Assembly (NCBI GenBank): GCA_965205975.1
Contig: OZ242195.1
Coordinates: 4,160,001 to 4,224,000 of the forward strand
Reading direction: 5' to 3'
DNA: 64,000 nt
From: Candidatus Latescibacterota bacterium
GTDB taxonomy: Bacteria; Latescibacterota; UBA2968
Shown: piece by piece, positions 61,334 to 64,000 of the stretch
Layout of the letters: the number at the start of each line of letters is the position of its first letter
How positions within the stretch are numbered: position 1 is the first letter of the stretch
Notes under the pieces: generated by a model
Told to the model about the DNA's origin: nothing
Database searches by the model: none
Seen by the model: the letters and a program-made list of their open reading frames with translations, nothing else
Made by a program: the position numbers and the translations under genes

Positions 61334-63286
61334 CTAATACAATGCCAGCGAATGTCCTTGCTCTGGGAACCATATACAATCTACCAGAAACGACACAAAT
61401 ACGCCCGTGAAATACCCCACCATAAGTCCCAGGAAAAACGGCGATGCTTTGCGGTACAGATCAATGCCGCCCGCCCGCAAGATGACAAATTTGGAAAACC
61501 ATGCAAAGAAGATCGAGAATACAATGCGGTTGACGGGATACGCTGTTACGGCGGCAAATCCGATCGGATGCAAGGGCCACCAGGGCCATATATAGCGCAA
61601 GGATAGCATCAATGCCGTGGTTGCCATTCCAATGAGCGCGATGAGCATGCGCTCGCGCTTCAGGGCAAAGGGGTCCCGAATATGACCGGCTATGGTATCA
61701 AAAGTGTTTTGCACATAGGGACCGTAAATGCCGCCGTAATTAAATGCGCCGGTTACATAGCTCGATGATATTTGATAATACGCGCTTGTGGTTATCACCA
61801 CCAGCATGGCCAGTCCCAGGGCGATGACCAGGCGCGTTCTTTCGTGTCGGATGCTGTCGTAAAGCCGCGTGGCATTGGCTAGGTTGGCCATCAATATGGT
61901 TTTGATATCGTGGTGCCATGTTTCTGTGAGGGCAAATGCCGCCATTCCCGATGGGGAAATATTTACGGGACCGAGCAGGTGATATGCGACAAATTGTCCC
62001 TGTATCATGCGGCTGCTGATCATGCCGCCTTCCACGCAGACGCGCGTGATGCCCAACCAGATCACGCCGACAAGGCTCAAAAAAATCAGGGCGACAAAGA
62101 CCGACATGCCCGATGCCACACACCAGCCCAAAATAAATAGCCCGCTCGCCAACAGGCCGCCAAGTGCTGCGCGGTAGGACAATAATTCGCCCGAGTCTTC
62201 GACATTTCGCGCATTGAGTACGGCTTTGCGAAATACGTTGCTCAAATGTTCTCGCGCCATCCACAAGCTCCACGGCACCAGCACGCACAGGGCACCAAAT
62301 CCCTGCCAGTTTTCGAATTGCGATGCCGGCCACACATGGGTTGGGCCTATTTCGATTCCCAGGCGGTTGAACAATCCCATTTCAAGGGTCAATAACAGGT
62401 GAAAGACGATGATGCTAAGCAATACATCCAGGTCCATAAAATACGATACGCCAATAATTACGGGGTAAAACCGCATGTGAATCGGTGGGGAATACTGACC
62501 AAATTCCATCAATCCCAGATAGTAGGGAATGGTTGGAAAAAGCGGCTGGAAATAGCCAACCATGTTCCAGTATATGGGAAATGAGGCGAGCGCGAATCCC
62601 CACCAGAATACGGGGCGATTCATTATGCCCACGGGCCAGAATCCACGCGGTTCTCTGTTGACGAGTTCCAGTGGCAATGTCATCAATGGAAATGTCAGAC
62701 GCTCGTGTTCCACCCATTGTTTGCGCAGGATTGAAACCGCGCAGAATCCAAATACGCCGATCATAAATACCAGGCTCAATCGCCAGATCATCGGCGTTAT
62801 CCAGATTTCCCAGGGGATGGTTGCGCCGGCTGGCAGTCCTTCAAAAAACCACCGCGCAGCCGTCACATCGGTTACGACCGCCCAGTCGGGCAAATACGGA
62901 TGTATGTCGTCTGCCCATCGGTTCTCTGTGTTGGCAAAGTAAAATGGCGCTGAGACGTTGGCGATCAAATGTCCCATGAAATAGCTGGGCAATGCCGATG
63001 CGACCAGGCCCATGCTGAAGATGACCAGCAATTCCGATGGGCGCAAGACCCATTGCGGGCGCACTTTTTCCAGGACTTTGTTCAATACGACTGCTATTAT
63101 CAAAAATGGCACGACTGCGCCCCAGGGCAGGTGGTCCTGTGCCATTTTTGTCGTGTGGGCAATGTGTCGCGTAAAATGTCCGCCCCATCCGAGGAAGCCC
63201 GCGCACATGGCTCCTATCAGTATTGACCGCGCGGTTACGGCGCGTTGAAGAGGTGCTGTCTGTGTTTGTGTTTCGCGAATCGCCAT
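61334..63286 (-). CDS. DUF6785/DUF6784-like multi-pass membrane protein (putative transporter)
   Basis: RKQWVEHERLTFPL, WWPLHPIGF, PFFLGL; many TM helices; start uncertain (63286 or 63331). Confidence 0.75.
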   Translation of the reverse strand: MAIRETQTQTAPLQRAVTARSILIGAMCAGFLGWGGHFTRHIAHTTKMAQDHLPWGAVVPFLIIAVVLNKVLEKVRPQWVLRPSELLVIFSMGLVASALPSYFMGHLIANVSAPFYFANTENRWADDIHPYLPDWAVVTDVTAARWFFEGLPAGATIPWEIWITPMIWRLSLVFMIGVFGFCAVSILRKQWVEHERLTFPLMTLPLELVNREPRGFWPVGIMNRPVFWWGFALASFPIYWNMVGYFQPLFPTIPYYLGLMEFGQYSPPIHMRFYPVIIGVSYFMDLDVLLSIIVFHLLLTLEMGLFNRLGIEIGPTHVWPASQFENWQGFGALCVLVPWSLWMAREHLSNVFRKAVLNARNVEDSGELLSYRAALGGLLASGLFILGWCVASGMSVFVALIFLSLVGVIWLGITRVCVEGGMISSRMIQGQFVAYHLLGPVNISPSGMAAFALTETWHHDIKTILMANLANATRLYDSIRHERTRLVIALGLAMLVVITTSAYYQISSSYVTGAFNYGGIYGPYVQNTFDTIAGHIRDPFALKRERMLIALIGMATTALMLSLRYIWPWWPLHPIGFAAVTAYPVNRIVFSIFFAWFSKFVILRAGGIDLYRKASPFFLGLMVGYFTGVFVSFLVDCIWFPEQGHSLALY

Positions 63287-63364
63287 TGAGGCACTCCATG
63301 TCGCGGATGATGCGGGTGGAAACGGGGGCAATATACGTATGGCAATATCTGGTGTCTATCTAAT

Positions 63365-64000
63365 TTAGCGTGCGATTCTCTCAATCCCAGCCTTTGCCGA
63401 GGGGTGATCGGGTGCTGTTTGCAAGACCTGCTGCCAGGCGCTGCGTGCTTCGTCAATCCTTCCCAGAGACCAATACGCCCAGCCCATGTTCGCCCGCGCA
63501 TTGTGGGTGTTGGGATCTCGTTTCAGGGCTTCTCGATAGTTATTTATGGCTTCGTGGAATTTTTCTTCGTGAAATAAGATGTTGCCCAGGTTGACGTACA
63601 CGCGCACCATGTCGGGATCCCGGGATAGTGCCTGGAGATACGCATTTTTGGCGGCTTCCGTTTTTTGGGTGCGTGCATAAGCCAATCCCAGGTTGTAATA
63701 CAAGACGGCATCACCCTGTCCGTATTTTTCTGCCTCTTCGAGATATGATTGCGCCCGTTCATTTTCGTTGGCCCACAAATAAGCCGTGCCCAAATTAAAG
63801 GGGTCCATTGCCCAATTGTTTTGAGCGAGTTGTGCGTTTAGTTCTATGCGGTAGCCGGTCCACAGGATGATCAGCGCCACTGCGCCGATGCACAGGTTTT
63901 TCCACTTTTGCGACTGTACACAGGATATCAATGTCCATATTCCCATGCCTGCAAATATCATGAGGATGGGGATTGCGGGCATGCGATAGCGCGACGATAC
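63365..64000 (-). CDS. Membrane protein with C-terminal TPR repeats (5' partial; glycosyltransferase-39-like tail)
   Basis: SRYRMPAIP TM segment followed by YYNLG/YVNLG TPRs; the frame runs off the window end. Confidence 0.75.
   Translation of the reverse strand, partial: VSSRYRMPAIPILMIFAGMGIWTLISCVQSQKWKNLCIGAVALIILWTGYRIELNAQLAQNNWAMDPFNLGTAYLWANENERAQSYLEEAEKYGQGDAVLYYNLGLAYARTQKTEAAKNAYLQALSRDPDMVRVYVNLGNILFHEEKFHEAINNYREALKRDPNTHNARANMGWAYWSLGRIDEARSAWQQVLQTAPDHPSAKAGIERIAR

Overview
Bacterial chromosome segment spanning the replication origin. Left to right: dciA-like gene, gyrB, gyrA, hom, then about 11 kb of catabolic genes (sulfatases, dehydrogenases, sialidase-like, a UPF0175/PIN toxin-antitoxin pair) and alkA. 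Next come a DnaA-box/DnaA-trio oriC (~17.8-18.15 kb), dnaA (minus strand), rpmH-rnpA-yidC-mnmE-rsmG with two parS sites, and a second DnaA-box cluster at ~28.2 kb. These are followed by pgsA-like, tmk and ctpA-like genes, an IS256-containing island of small toxin/antitoxin-like genes (33.8-38 kb), nupC, more catabolic genes, a 13-kb higher-GC type I PKS cluster with the architecture of the sponge-symbiont 'sup' PKS, and envelope genes. The gene content suggests a sponge-associated symbiont such as Latescibacterota, Gemmatimonadota or Poribacteria (inference only). Most notable observations: (1) a promoter -> structured ~100-nt RNA -> terminator -> NYN ribonuclease unit laid out like a type III toxin-antitoxin locus, with the promoter/leader duplicated 1.4 kb away; (2) a GyrA C-gate-like helical domain inserted in an S41 protease; (3) a duplicated hairpin+parS module and a duplicated 65-bp structured repeat; (4) a thymidylate kinase with an unexplained 140-aa tail; (5) a rearranged origin region with NrdR-like boxes at dnaA; (6) gyrase quinolone-pocket substitutions. 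Two clear and one possible single-base frameshifts look like sequencing errors. No rRNA, tRNA or CRISPR array was seen. All family assignments come from motif recognition by eye; no database search was run.
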